Shown: one piece after another, positions 21,047 to 34,334 of the stretch | How positions within the stretch are numbered: the stretch's first letter is position 1 | Layout of the letters: every line of letters starts with the position of its first letter | NCBI GenBank assembly: GCA_963764715.1 | Contig: CAVXTP010000022.1 | Span: 224,001-288,000 of the forward strand | Direction: 5' to 3' | DNA from: an uncultured Acidobacteriota bacterium | Lineage (GTDB): Bacteria > Acidobacteriota > Thermoanaerobaculia > UBA5066 > Gp7-AA6 | DNA length: 64,000 bases | Position numbers and translations under genes: made by a program | The notes under the pieces: generated by a model | The model's database searches: none | Told to the model about the DNA's origin: nothing | What the model saw: the letters and a program-made list of their open reading frames with translations, nothing else

Positions 21047-23581
21047 TTGCGTCGGGGCCTTTGCACGGCCGCGGTCCTCGCCGCGGCGGCGGTGAGTTTT
21101 GGGGCCGCGGCCCAGGAGCCCGCCCCGCCACCGCTTCCGGTCCCGACTCCCCAGGCGACGACCCCTCCCGCTCCCGAGGCGCCCGCCGCTCAGGCCGCGC
21201 CCCCGGCCTCCGCCGCGGTCGCCGGCGAGCCGATCCTCGGAATCCGGGTCGTCGGGTTCCAGACGGTGTCCCCCGACACGATCGCGCACTACCTCGGCAT
21301 CAAGGTCGGCGATCCCTACGACCCGGAGAAGATCCGGTCGAACTTTCACGCGCTCTGGGAGGTCGGGCTCCTCGAGAACGTCCAGATCGAGGCCGAGCGC
21401 GAGCCCGCGGGCGTGACGCTCGTCGTCACGATCGAGGAGCGGCCGATCATCAAGGAGGTCGACTTCACCGGGAACAAGAAGCTGACCACGACCCAGATCC
21501 GGGACGTCCTGAAGGAGGCCAAGGTCGAGGTCAAGGCCGGGGCGCCGCTCTCGCTCCGCGACATCGCCCGGGCCCGCGCCGCGATCGCCGACGCCTATCT
21601 CGCGCAGGGCTTCCGCAGCGCCACGGTCGACTACCGGATCGAGGACCTGTCGAAGACCGAGAAGAAGGTCCTCTTCGTCATCGACGAGGGCGACAAGGTC
21701 AAGATCGAGTCGATCACGTTCACGGGCAACGAGCACGTCTCGGCGCAGACCCTGCGCAATGCCATGTCGAAGACCAAGGTGGCGGTGTTCTGGCGGATTC
21801 TTTCCGACAATACCGTCTACAGCCAGGCCAACTACGAGGCCGACGTCGAGAGCCTCAAGGGCGTGTACCAGGCCCGGGGCTACAAGGACGTCGTCATCAA
21901 GGACCCGATCCTCGACGTCTACGTCGTGAACCCCGACGCCAAGCCCGAGAAGCTCAAGCGGCGCGTTCGGATCACGATCCCGGTCGTCGAGGGCGACCTC
22001 TTCTACACCAACGAGGTCCACATCGTCGCGGTGCAGCAGAACGGCCAGCCGACCGAGTCCGGGCAGCCCCAGGTCTTCTCCGCGAGGGAGCTCCTGAAGC
22101 CCTTCTGGGAGCTCAAGCCCGGCACGATCCTCAACCGCGACCGCATCGTCGAGGGCCTGATGCAGGTCGAGACGATGTACAAGTCGCGCGGGTACATCTA
22201 CTCGTACCCGAACCCGGTCTTCAAGGAAGTCGGCGACCACAAGGTCGATGTCGACATCTCGATCTTCGAGGGCGAGAAGTTCTACCTCGGCCGCCTCGAG
22301 GTCCAGGGCAACACCCAGACCCGCGACAAGGTCATCCGGCGCGAGTTCGCCCTCGACGAGGGCGACGTCATGGACATGGACGCGATCAAGAAGAGCGTGA
22401 CCAAGATCCAGCAGCTCGGCTACTTCAAGATGACCGAGGACCCGCAGTTCGCCGTCCGCGGGGAGGAGAAGAAGGTCGACATCACGATCAAGGGCCAGGA
22501 GACCTCCCGCAACGAGATCCAGTTCGGCGCGGGGTACTCCGGGTTCGACGGGTTCTTCGGGCAGTTCTCCTTCCAGACCCGCAACTTCCTCGGACGCGGC
22601 GAGATCATCGGGGCGTCGGCCCAGCTCGGGAAGGTCTCCAACTTCTTCGACCTCTCCTACACGATCCCGTGGTTCATGGACAAGAACCAGTCGGTCGGCG
22701 CGGCGCTCTTCCGGCGCAACGTGAACTACCTGTCGCAGGAAGAGCGCCGGACGGGCGGCTCGATCTTCTACGGCAAGGGGCTGTCGCTCTTCGACTCGGT
22801 CTCCCTGCTCTACGCGTACGAGGACATCACGGCCAACTTCCCGGTCCGCAGCGCGCCGACGCCGCCCGGCCAGCCCCCGCCGCCGCAGAAGTTCACCGAG
22901 ACGACCGGAACGACCTCGTCGTTCACGCCGGGCTACCGCTACGACAGCCGGAACGACCCCTTCGACCCGACGCGCGGGCTGCGCCTGTCGGCGTCGGTCC
23001 AGATCGCGCCCGACCTGCTCGGCGGGACGAGCTCGTTCATCAAGGCCATCGGCGGCGGCACGATCTACGTTCCGGTGCGCATTCCCCGGAACGCGTTGCT
23101 GGCGCTCAATCTCGAGATCGGGTACGTCGCATCGCTCAACTCCGTCGAGATCCCGATCTTCGAGCGGTTCCAGCTCGGCGGCGAACAGAGCCTGCGCGGG
23201 TTCCAGCAGGGCGCGGTCGTGCCGGTGAACCCGACGACCTACGAGGTCTTCACCGACCCGCTCGGCCGCATCCTCGGCGGCAACAAGTTTTTCGTCTTCA
23301 ATGTGGAGTACCAGTTCATTTCGATCGGTCCGGCGAAGCTGCTCGCGTTCTTCGACGTCGGCCAGAACTACTACGACACGCAGAGCTTCGGGATCGGCAA
23401 CGTCCGCTCCTCGGCCGGGGCGGAGCTGCGCATCTTCCTGCCGATCTTCCAGGCGCCGCTGCGGTTCATCTACGCCTTCAACCTCAACCCCATCCAGCCG
23501 GTCGACCAGTTCGGCTTCCCGATCAGCTACCTCGCCGAGAAGCCGTCGGGCTTCACGTTCTCCATCGGCCGGACGTTTTAG
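21047..23581 (+). CDS. bamA: Outer membrane protein assembly factor BamA
   Basis: POTRA repeats, GNTQTRDKVIRRE, barrel with LRGF motif, C-terminal FTFSIGRTF. Confidence 0.95.
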   Translation: MRRGLCTAAVLAAAAVSFGAAAQEPAPPPLPVPTPQATTPPAPEAPAAQAAPPASAAVAGEPILGIRVVGFQTVSPDTIAHYLGIKVGDPYDPEKIRSNFHALWEVGLLENVQIEAEREPAGVTLVVTIEERPIIKEVDFTGNKKLTTTQIRDVLKEAKVEVKAGAPLSLRDIARARAAIADAYLAQGFRSATVDYRIEDLSKTEKKVLFVIDEGDKVKIESITFTGNEHVSAQTLRNAMSKTKVAVFWRILSDNTVYSQANYEADVESLKGVYQARGYKDVVIKDPILDVYVVNPDAKPEKLKRRVRITIPVVEGDLFYTNEVHIVAVQQNGQPTESGQPQVFSARELLKPFWELKPGTILNRDRIVEGLMQVETMYKSRGYIYSYPNPVFKEVGDHKVDVDISIFEGEKFYLGRLEVQGNTQTRDKVIRREFALDEGDVMDMDAIKKSVTKIQQLGYFKMTEDPQFAVRGEEKKVDITIKGQETSRNEIQFGAGYSGFDGFFGQFSFQTRNFLGRGEIIGASAQLGKVSNFFDLSYTIPWFMDKNQSVGAALFRRNVNYLSQEERRTGGSIFYGKGLSLFDSVSLLYAYEDITANFPVRSAPTPPGQPPPPQKFTETTGTTSSFTPGYRYDSRNDPFDPTRGLRLSASVQIAPDLLGGTSSFIKAIGGGTIYVPVRIPRNALLALNLEIGYVASLNSVEIPIFERFQLGGEQSLRGFQQGAVVPVNPTTYEVFTDPLGRILGGNKFFVFNVEYQFISIGPAKLLAFFDVGQNYYDTQSFGIGNVRSSAGAELRIFLPIFQAPLRFIYAFNLNPIQPVDQFGFPISYLAEKPSGFTFSIGRTF

Positions 23582-23704
23582 GCGGGCCTCGACGGCCCGC
23601 ATGGGGGAGAGGCGGTCGGCGGGGGCGCAAACGAAGCGTTTGCGTAACGGGGTAATCCCGGTCCCGGCGGCGGTTTAGGCGGAATGGCGGTCGGACGGGG
23701 CCTG

Positions 23705-23732
23705 TTGCCTAAGCGGTGATTTTTGCTACACT
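23705..23732 (+). promoter_or_regulatory. Putative sigma70 promoter for skp-lpx genes
   Basis: TTGCCT, 16-nt spacer, TACACT preceded by TG (extended -10). Confidence 0.5.
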
Positions 23733-23770
23733 TCCGCGCTTTCTCGAGTCCGAGTGAAGAAGGAGAGGGA

Positions 23771-24394
23771 ATGAAACGCTTTGTCTTGACGGTGGCGGCT
23801 GCGTTCGTGGCGGCTGTTGCCGGTGCTCAAGGGTCCACGGGGGCGACGGCGCCGGCAGGGGGTGCGCTGAAGATCGGCACCATCAACGTCGAGCGCCTGG
23901 TGCAGGAATCGGCGCTCGGCAAGGAGGCCTTCAACCGCGTCAAGAAGCTCAACGACCAGAAGAAGGAAGAGGGCGAAAAGCTCCAGAAGGAGCTCCGCGA
24001 CATGGAGCAGAAGCTCGCCGACCAGGGCTCGGCCCTGGCCGACGACAAGCGCGACGCGCTCCAGAAGTCGTACCAGGAGAAGGCGATCGCCTTCAAACGC
24101 TTCCAGGACGACGCGAACCGGGAGCTCGAGGCGTCGCAGAAGAAGGAGCTCTCCGAGCTCGAGCGGCGCGTCTTCCCGGTGATCAACCAGGTCGGCAAGG
24201 AGAAGGGCTATACGCTCATCTTCAACAAATTCCAGTCGGGCCTGGTGTACGCCGAGGATGCCGTCGACATCACCGACGACGTCCTGAAGGTCTTCAACAC
24301 CACCGTCGCGGTGCCCGCGGCAAAGCCCGCCGCGGCGGCGCCCGCCGCCGGCGCGAAGCCGGCCCCCGCGCCGGCGCCGACCAAGAAGCCGTAG
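23771..24394 (+). CDS. skp: OmpH/Skp periplasmic chaperone
   Basis: Signal peptide, KIGTINVERL, long coiled coil, GYTLIF..DITDDVL; located between bamA and lpxD. Confidence 0.92.
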   Translation: MKRFVLTVAAAFVAAVAGAQGSTGATAPAGGALKIGTINVERLVQESALGKEAFNRVKKLNDQKKEEGEKLQKELRDMEQKLADQGSALADDKRDALQKSYQEKAIAFKRFQDDANRELEASQKKELSELERRVFPVINQVGKEKGYTLIFNKFQSGLVYAEDAVDITDDVLKVFNTTVAVPAAKPAAAAPAAGAKPAPAPAPTKKP

Positions 24395-24422
24395 CGCAGC
24401 CGCAGGCCGGAACCGAGGCGCC

Positions 24423-25497
24423 GTGGCCCGCTCGAAGCACCCGATCCGGGGTAAGGGCAGGCCGCGGCGTCCCGCCGCGCCGCGCGGCTCCTTCTCCCTG
24501 GAAGACGTGGCCGCCGCCGTCGGCGGCCGCGCGCATGGATCGGCCCGCGCTCTGACCGGCGTCGCGGGCCTCGAGTCGGCCGGTCCGACCGACCTCTCCT
24601 GGGTCGCCGACGAACGCCGGGCGGCCGGGGCGGCAGAAAGCCGCGCCGGCGCCCTGCTCGTTTCCGACGCGTCGTTGGCCGGCGGCAAGCCCTGCGTGGT
24701 CGTCGAGCGGCCGCAGCTCGCCCTCGGCCGGTGGCTCGCGGTCTTCCGGCCGGCGCCGCGGCCGAAGGCCGGAGTGGCCCGCGGGGCCTTCGTCGCGAAA
24801 TCGGCGAGGCTCGGCCGGGGCGTTTCCGTGGCGGCCGGTGCGACCGTTTCCGCGGGCGCCCGCGTCGGCGCGCGGACGACGATCGCGGCCGGGGCCTTCG
24901 TCGGCGAGGGGGCCGTGCTCGGCGAGGATTGCGTGCTCCACCCCAACGCGGCCGTCCTCGACGGCTGCCGGCTCGGGGCGCGCTGCGTGCTCCAGGCCGG
25001 AGCGGTCGTCGGCTCCGACGGGTTCGGCTACGTCTGGGACGGATTGGCGCACCGACAAGATCCCGCAGGTCGGCATCGTCCGCGTCGAGGACGACGTCGA
25101 GATCGGCGCCAACGCGGCGATCGACCGGGCGACCCTCGGCGAGACGGTCGTCGGCCGGGGGACGAAGATCGACAATCTGGTGCAGATCGGGCACAACGTG
25201 ACGATCGGCGAAGACTCGATCCTCTGCGGCCAGGCGGGAGTGGGCGGCTCCTCGACCCTGGGCCGGGGAGTGACCCTGGCGGGCCAGGTCGGGATCTCGG
25301 ACCACGTCCGCATCGGCGACGGCGCCACCCTCACCGGGCAGGCCGGAATCGCCCGGCAGGGGCGCGTGGAGGCGGGCGCGGTACTCTCCGGCATGCCGGC
25401 GCTGCCGCACCGCGAGTTTCTCCGGCGCGCGGCGCTGCTCGGCCGGCTCGAGCGGGCCCTCGAGCGTCTGGCCGAGCTCGAGAAGAAGCTCGGCTGA
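24423..25497 (+). CDS. lpxD: UDP-3-O-acylglucosamine N-acyltransferase LpxD, frameshift near 25050
   Basis: Hexapeptide repeats, [44 protein letters not shown]. Confidence 0.93.
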
Positions 25498-25520
25498 TCG
25501 GCGAACCGACAGGAGGAATC

Positions 25521-25957
25521 GTGGAGATTCGAATCGACGAGATCCTGAAGATCCTGCCGCACCGCTATCCCTTCCTCCTCGTGGACCGGATCCTCGAGCT
25601 CGAGCGGGCAAGCGGGTCGTCGGCATCAAGAACGTCACGTTCAACGAGGAGTTCTTCCAGGGGCACTTTCCGGGCAACCCGGTGATGCCGGGCGTGCTCG
25701 TCCTCGAGGCGATGGCCCAGGTCGCCGCGATCGCGCTGCTCGGCGTCGTGCCGGACAAGGAGCGCAAGTTGCTCTACCTCTCGGGAGTCGACCGCTGCAA
25801 GTTCCGCCGTCCGGTCGTTCCGGGCGACCAGCTGCGGATCGAGGCCGAGATCGTGTCCCTGAAGACGCGCGTCTGCAAGTGCCGGGCGACCGCGACGGTC
25901 GACGGCGCGCTGTGCACCGAGGCCGAGCTGCTGTCGGTCCTGGTGGACCGCCCGTGA
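25521..25957 (+). CDS. fabZ: 3-hydroxyacyl-ACP dehydratase FabZ, frameshift near 25610
   Basis: [14 protein letters not shown], then [33 protein letters not shown]. Confidence 0.93.
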
Positions 25958-26735
25958 CGACCGCCATCCATCCCACGGCGGTCGTGGCCGACGGAGCGGT
26001 GCTCGGCGAGGGTGTCGAGGTCGGGCCCTACGCGGTCATCGGGGATGACGTCACGCTCGGCGCGCGGACGACCGTGGGCGCGCACGCTTCGATCCAGGGG
26101 CCCGGCGGTCTTCGGCGAGGACAACCGCATCTTCTCGCACGCCGCCCTCGGGTTCGAGCCGCAGGACCTGAAGTACCGGGGCGAGCGGACGCGGCTGGTC
26201 GTCGGTTCGCGCAACGTCTTCCGGGAGTTCACGACCGTGCATCGCGGCACCGCCAGCGGGCAGGCCGAGACGGTGATCGGCGACGACAACTACTTCATGA
26301 ACTACACCCACGTCGGGCACGACAACCGCATCGGCTCGAGGGTCGTCATGGCGAACTCGGCCGTCGCTCGCCGGCCACGTGGAGGTCGGCAACCACGCGA
26401 TCATCGGCGCGTTCAACGCGATCCACCAGTTCTGCCGCGTCGGCGCCTACGCGTTCCTCGGGGCGTACACGGGCTGCCGGCAGGACGTCCTGCCGTTCTG
26501 CCGCACCGACGGCCTCGACGCGCGCACGTACGGCCTCAACACGATCGGCTTGAAGCGCAACGGCTTCTCCGACGAGCGGATCGACGCCCTGCAGAAGGCG
26601 TACCGGTTCCTCGTCAAGTCGAAGCTCAACACGAGCCAGGCGCTCGAGCGGATCGCGGCGGAGCTCGCGGGGCAGCCCGACGTCGAGGAGCTCGTGCGCT
26701 TCATCAAGACGAGCGAGCGGGGCTTCATCAAGTGA
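25954..26735 (+). CDS. lpxA: UDP-GlcNAc O-acyltransferase LpxA, frameshifts near 26100 and 26365
   Basis: [47 protein letters not shown] across three frames. Confidence 0.92.
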
Positions 26736-27699
26736 ACGGCGCCGAGCCGGTGCGCCTCGCCGTCGTCGGCGTCGGCCACCTCGGGCGCCACCACGCCCGC
26801 GTGGCGGCGAGCCTGCCCGGGGTGGCGCTCGTGGGCGTCCACGATCACCACGAGGGCCGCGCGGCAGAGGTCGCCCGCGAGAGCGGCCTGCGGGTGCTGT
26901 CGGGGCCCGAGGCGGTGGCCGATGCCGCGGAGGCGGTGGTCGTCGCCACGCCGACGAGCTCGCACGGGCGAGCTCGGACGGTTCTTCCTCGAGCGCGGCC
27001 TCGACGTCCTGATGGAGAAGCCCCTCGCCCCGGGTGTCGCCGAGGCGACCGAGCTCGTCGAGCTCGCCCGGCGCAACGCCCGGGTGCTCGCGGTCGGGCA
27101 CGTCGAGCGCTACAACCCGGCCGTCGAGGCGCTGCTCGCGACGGGCCGGGCGCCGGCCTACATCGAGGGCCACCGGCTCGGTATCTTCACCACCCGGAGC
27201 CTCGACGTCGACGTCGTCCTCGACCTCATGATCCACGACCTGCAGATCGTCGTCCGACCTCGTGCGCCGCCCGGTGCGGGAGATTCGCGCCGTCGGTATG
27301 CCGGTCGTGACGCCGCGGATCGACATCGCCAACGCCCGGATCGAGTTCGAGGGCGGCTGCGTGGCGACCCTGACGGCCTCGCGCGTCTCCTCCGAGCGCC
27401 TCCGCAAGCTCCGGGTCTTCGCCCCGCCCCTCTACTGCTCGGTCGACATGCACGCCCGGACGCTGCGGGCCCTGGGGCTGGAGGCCGGCGCGGAGGGCCC
27501 CGAGATCGTGTCCGTCGACGTCCCCGTCGTCGACGGCGACCCGCTCGCGCGGGAGCTCTCCGATTTCGCGGGCGCCGTGCGCGAGCGGCGGGACCCGATC
27601 GTGTCGGGCGAGGTCGGCCGGGACGCCCTCGTCCTCGCCCATCGGGTGCTCGCGGCGATCGAGACGCACCGAGCCGCATTCGAGGGGATCCGCGTTTGA
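26732..27699 (+). CDS. Gfo/Idh/MocA oxidoreductase, GnnA-like (UDP-GlcNAc 3-dehydrogenase), frameshifts near 26965 and 27255
   Basis: VGVGHLGRHHAR, MEKP, VGHVERYNPA, DVDVVLDLMIHDL, DIANARIEF..CVATLTASRVS; directly after lpxA. Confidence 0.8.
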
Positions 27700-28559
27700 C
27701 CGAACGCGGCCGGGTCGGCCTCATCGGGGGCAGCGGGGTCTACGATCTCTCGGCGATCGAGGACCTCCGCGAGGAGCGCCTCGACACGCCCTTCGGGAAG
27801 CCCTCGGACGCTTACATGACCGGAACGCTCTCCGGCGTCCCGGTGGCGTTCCTTTCCCGGCACGGGCGCGGCCATCGCCTCGCGCCGACCGAGATCAACT
27901 ACCGAGCCAACGTCTGCGGCTTCAAGATGCTCGGCTGCGATGCGCTGCTCTCGGCGTCGGCCTGCGGAAGCCTCCGGGCCGAGCTCGCGCCGCGCCAGGC
28001 CGTCATCCCCGACCAGTTCATCGACCGGACGCGCCATCGCGAGGACACGTTCTTCGGCGACGGCATCGTCGCCCACGCGGGCCTCGCCGATCCGGTCTGC
28101 CCGTCGCTCTCGGCGGCGCTCGAGGACGGCGCCCGCCGCGGCGGCCTGCGTGTCCGGCGGGGCGGGACCTACGTCTGCATGGAGGGGCCGCAGTTCTCGA
28201 CCCGGGCCGAGTCGCACCTGTACCGGTCCTGGGGCGCCGACGTCATCGGGATGACCAACCTGACCGAGGCGCGCCTCGCCCGCGAGGCCGAGCTCTGCTA
28301 CGCGAGCCTGGCGCTCGTGACCGACTACGACTGCTGGCACGAGGCGGAAGAGGACGTGACGGTGGAGGCGATCCTGTCGATCCTGGCGGAGAACGCGGCG
28401 GCCGCGCGGCGGTCGCTCGCCGAGACCGTGGCGCGCGTCGATCCCACGCGCGCCTGCGGCTGCCGCGACGCGATGCGCTTCGCCATCATCACCGACCGGA
28501 GCGCGATCCCCGGGGCGGCGAGGGAGCGGCTCCGGGCGATCGTGGGGAGATACCTTTGA
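27696..28559 (+). CDS. mtnP: S-methyl-5'-thioadenosine phosphorylase
   Basis: GLIGGSG, TPFGKPS, FLSRHGRGH, PDQFIDRT, EGPQFSTRAES, VTDYDCW. Confidence 0.93.
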   Translation: MTERGRVGLIGGSGVYDLSAIEDLREERLDTPFGKPSDAYMTGTLSGVPVAFLSRHGRGHRLAPTEINYRANVCGFKMLGCDALLSASACGSLRAELAPRQAVIPDQFIDRTRHREDTFFGDGIVAHAGLADPVCPSLSAALEDGARRGGLRVRRGGTYVCMEGPQFSTRAESHLYRSWGADVIGMTNLTEARLAREAELCYASLALVTDYDCWHEAEEDVTVEAILSILAENAAAARRSLAETVARVDPTRACGCRDAMRFAIITDRSAIPGAARERLRAIVGRYL

Positions 28560-29546
28560 AGAAACAGGGCCGCATCGTCGTGACGGGCTCGGTCGCCTTC
28601 GACTACCTGATGACCTTTCCGGGACGGTTCACGGAGCACCTGATCCCCGACCGGATGTCGCGGCTGTCGGTCTCGTTTCTCGTCGACGAGATGCGCCGCG
28701 TGCCGGGAGGCTGCGGGCCGAACATCGCCTACGGCCTGGCGCTCCTGGGCGAGCGCCCGGTCCTGCTCGCGACGGCCGGCGCCGACGCGGCCGAGTACCG
28801 GGACCGGCTCGGCCCAGGAGGGCGTGGACGTCTCGGGCCTGCGCCTGGAGAGCGACGTCTTCACGGCGTCCTTCTTCGTCTCGACCGACCAGGACCAGAA
28901 CCAGCTCGCGTCCTTCTACACCGGCGCGATGGCCCGGGCGCGCGACCTGCCCCTCGAGTCGGTCGACCCGGCGACGATCGCCTTCGTCGTGATCTCGCCC
29001 AACGATCCGCCGGCCATGGCGGCGCACGCCGAGGCCTGCCGGCGGCACGGGATCCCGTTCCTCTACGATCCGAGCCAGCAGGTCACGCGGCTCTCGGGCG
29101 AGGAGATGGCCGAGGGTTTCCTCGGCGCCGCGATCCTGATCGTGAACGAGTACGAGTTCGGGATCCTGACCCACAAGACGGGACTGACGCGCGAGCAGAT
29201 GCTGGAGCGGGTGCCGGCCGTCATCGTCACGAGCGGGGCCGACGGCTCCACGATCCACGTCGCCGACGGGAGCGGCGCCGTCGCGACCCACGCGATCCCG
29301 CCGGCCCGGGTCGAAGGGGAGGCGGTCGACCCGACGGGAGTCGGGGACATGTATCGGGCCGGCCTCCTCCGGGGCCTGCGGATCGGCGCGCCCTGGCCCG
29401 TCGCCGGCCGGATCGGCAGCGTCAACGCGGTCTTCGGGCTCGAGGCCCTCGGTCCGCAGCCGCCCCGCTACACCCCGTCCGAATTCGTCGCGCGCTACCG
29501 GCGCAACTTCGGCGACACTCCCGAGCTCGCGCGCCTGTTCGCCTGA
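28556..29546 (+). CDS. PfkB-family carbohydrate kinase (adenosine kinase-like), frameshift near 28815
   Basis: GSVAFDYLM, GGCGPNIAY, FYTGAM, DPSQQ, NEYE, VDPTGVGDMYRAG. Confidence 0.85.
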
Positions 29547-29597
29547 CCGGCCCGGCCGGGTTACAATTCGATTTTCAACGAGGACGGTCCTTTGAGC

Positions 29598-30089
29598 ATG
29601 CGCGTGCCGCGCCGCGTGGCGGTGTCTTTTTCGCCGAAGCAGTACGAGGGAAGCCTCGACGCCTCGGGGTTGCAGCTCGCCGTCGTGTGCGCCCGGTGGA
29701 ACCCCACCGTGACCGACGCCATGCTCGCCGCCGCGCTCGACACGCTCCGCCGGCGGGGCGCCCGCCCCGAGGACGTGTCGGTCGCCCGCGTGCCCGGAGC
29801 CTTCGAGGTCGCCTCCGGCGTGCGCGCGCTGATCGACGCGGGCAAGCCCCACGCCGTGATCGCGCTCGCGGCCATCGTCCGCGGCGAGACCAGCCACCAC
29901 GAGGTGCTCGGCCATGCGGTCGCCACGGCGCTCGCCGCGCTCTCGGTCGAGACCGGCGTGCCGGTCGGGTTCGGGATCCTCACCTGCGACACGATGGAGC
30001 AGGCCCGCCGCCGGACCGACAAGGGCATCGAGGCGGCCGAGGCCGCGATCGAGATGGCGAACCTCCGCCGCCACCTGAAGGCCCGGTAG
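29598..30089 (+). CDS. ribH: 6,7-dimethyl-8-ribityllumazine synthase
   Basis: ARWN, VPGAFEV, VRGETSHH, PVGFGILTCD, KGIEAAEAAIEM; precedes nusB. Confidence 0.92.
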   Translation: MRVPRRVAVSFSPKQYEGSLDASGLQLAVVCARWNPTVTDAMLAAALDTLRRRGARPEDVSVARVPGAFEVASGVRALIDAGKPHAVIALAAIVRGETSHHEVLGHAVATALAALSVETGVPVGFGILTCDTMEQARRRTDKGIEAAEAAIEMANLRRHLKAR

Positions 30090-30514
30090 ATGGGGGCGCG
30101 GCGCAAGGCCCGGGAGCTCGCGCTCCAGATGCTCTACGAGCACGACGTCTCCGGCACGGAGCCGCAGGAGATGTTCCGCCGCTCGGACGACCTGAAGAAG
30201 GCCTCCGAGGGCGTCCAGGACTTCACCCGGCGGCTCGTCTCGGGGACCCTCGACCACCGCGAGGACCTCGACGCGCTCATCTCCCGACAGGCGGACCACT
30301 GGAGGCTGGCGCGGATGCCGGTCGTCGACCGCAACATCCTGCGCCTGGCCCTCTTCGAGCTTCTCCACGAGCCGGAGACGCCCGCGGCCGGTCGTCATCG
30401 ACGAGGCGCTCGAGATCGCCAAGCGCTTCTCGACGCCCAAGTCCTCGCAGTTCATCAACGGCATTCTCGACGGCGTGCTGAAGGCGCGCCGCGGCGGAGG
30501 TCCCGTCGGCGTGA
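30090..30514 (+). CDS. nusB: Transcription antitermination factor NusB, frameshifted (3' end approximate)
   Basis: RRKARELALQMLY, WRLARMPVVDRNILRLA, then in a shifted frame VVIDEALEIAKRFS..FINGILD. Confidence 0.9.
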
Positions 30515-31287
30515 GCCGGGCGCTCCGGGCCCTCCTCTTCGCCGCGCTCCTCGCCGCCCCCCGGGGCGCCGGCGCCGACGAGCTCGCCGTCTACCGCGCG
30601 ACCGGGCCGGACGCGAAGCTCTTCGACCAGTACGACAACGACGGCTATTCGCTGGCGGTCTCGCCCCGCCGCGACGGGGGCCTCGACCTGACGGTCCGGG
30701 TTTCGGGCGGGCCGCTCGCGAGCCGCGCGCCGTTCCCGACGGCCGCCCCCCGCGACGCCGACATCCTGGCCTCGCCCGAGCGCGACGCGTTCGCGCGGAC
30801 GCTCGCGGGCGACGCGCGCTCGCAGGCCGACGCGGTCGAGCGCGTCCTCGCGGGCATGGCCTCGTACCTGCGCTACGACCCCGACCGCAGCCGGCTCCAG
30901 GACCCGGCCTCGGTCTTCGCCTCGCGGCGCGCCCACTGCGTCGGCTTCGCCGAGCTCGCGGTCGACCTGCTGCGGCGGATCGGCATCGCCGCGCGCACGG
31001 TCCAGGGCATCCTTCGGACGAAGCCGGAAACCGACGGCTACGACGCCTCGATCGGCGGCGTCTATCACCGGTGGATCGAGGTCTACTACCCGGACCGCGG
31101 GTTCGTCTTCTCCGATCCGTTCTCCTCGATCAACGCCGTCGACGCGCGGTACGTCCCGTTCGGGCGGCGGGCGTTCGAGCGGCCCCGGGACCTGACGGTC
31201 ACGGCCGTCGAGGCGTCCGGCACGCTCGATTTTCCGGTCCGCCGCCTTCCCGACGCGACGCTGCGCGTGCGTCCGGCCACCCGCTAG
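30511..31287 (+). CDS. Secreted transglutaminase-like (Cys-His-Asp) domain protein
   Basis: Signal peptide; AHCVGFAELAVDLLRRIGIAARTVQG, HRWIEVYYPDRGFVFSDP. Confidence 0.8.
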   Translation: MSRALRALLFAALLAAPRGAGADELAVYRATGPDAKLFDQYDNDGYSLAVSPRRDGGLDLTVRVSGGPLASRAPFPTAAPRDADILASPERDAFARTLAGDARSQADAVERVLAGMASYLRYDPDRSRLQDPASVFASRRAHCVGFAELAVDLLRRIGIAARTVQGILRTKPETDGYDASIGGVYHRWIEVYYPDRGFVFSDPFSSINAVDARYVPFGRRAFERPRDLTVTAVEASGTLDFPVRRLPDATLRVRPATR

Positions 31288-31334
31288 CCGGGTCCGCGGG
31301 ACGGCGGAGGGCTTCGGGTATATTGCCCGCTCCG

Positions 31335-33812
<2,478 letters not shown>

Positions 33813-33816
<4 letters not shown>

Positions 33817-34334
33817 GGCGGACGGCGGGCGCGGCGTTCCTGGCGGCGATCCTGGTCCTGGCCGCGGGCTGCGGCTACACGCTCGTCGGCAAGGGCTCGT
33901 CGCTGCCCGAGAACATCCGGGTCGTGCAGTTCACGACGCTCGAGAACATGACCCAGCGGGTCGGGCTCGAGCAGCGGCTCTCGGGCGAGATCGCGCGGGA
34001 GCTCGCCTCCCGCGGACGGTTCAAGGTCCAGGCCACCGCCGAGGGCGCGGACGCGGTGCTCTCGGGCGCCGTGGTGGGGTTCAACCTCTTTCCGGTGGCC
34101 TTCGACTCGCAGGGCCGGGCGACCGACTACCAGGTCCAGATCACGACCCGCGCGTCGCTCAAGACGCTCCCGGACGAGAAGGTCCTCTGGGAGAACCCCG
34201 CCTTCACCTTTCGCGACAACTACCAGTTCAACGCGACCGCCGCGACCTACGTCGACCGGGAAAACGACGCCATCGACCGCGTCGCGGACCGGTACGCGCA
34301 GAGCCTCGTGACGAGCATGCTGGAGGGGTTTTAG
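33813..34334 (+). CDS. lptE: LPS-assembly lipoprotein LptE
   Basis: Lipobox LAAGCGY; follows leuS as is typical. Confidence 0.85.

Noticed and set aside
23582-23700. Hairpins between bamA and skp as a possible ncRNA
   Set aside because: Two short stems (GCGGGCC/GGCCCGC and CGCAAACG/CGTTTGCG) are explained as terminator or stability hairpins; no known RNA motif recognised.
29547-29597. FMN riboswitch upstream of ribH
   Set aside because: Only about 50 nt intergenic with a -10-like TACAAT; no RFN consensus.
30090-31287. Apparent NusB-transglutaminase fusion (the corrected nusB frame has no stop before the next gene)
   Set aside because: A GTGA start/stop overlap at 30511-30514 and a signal peptide in the second protein point to two genes plus one more sequencing indel.
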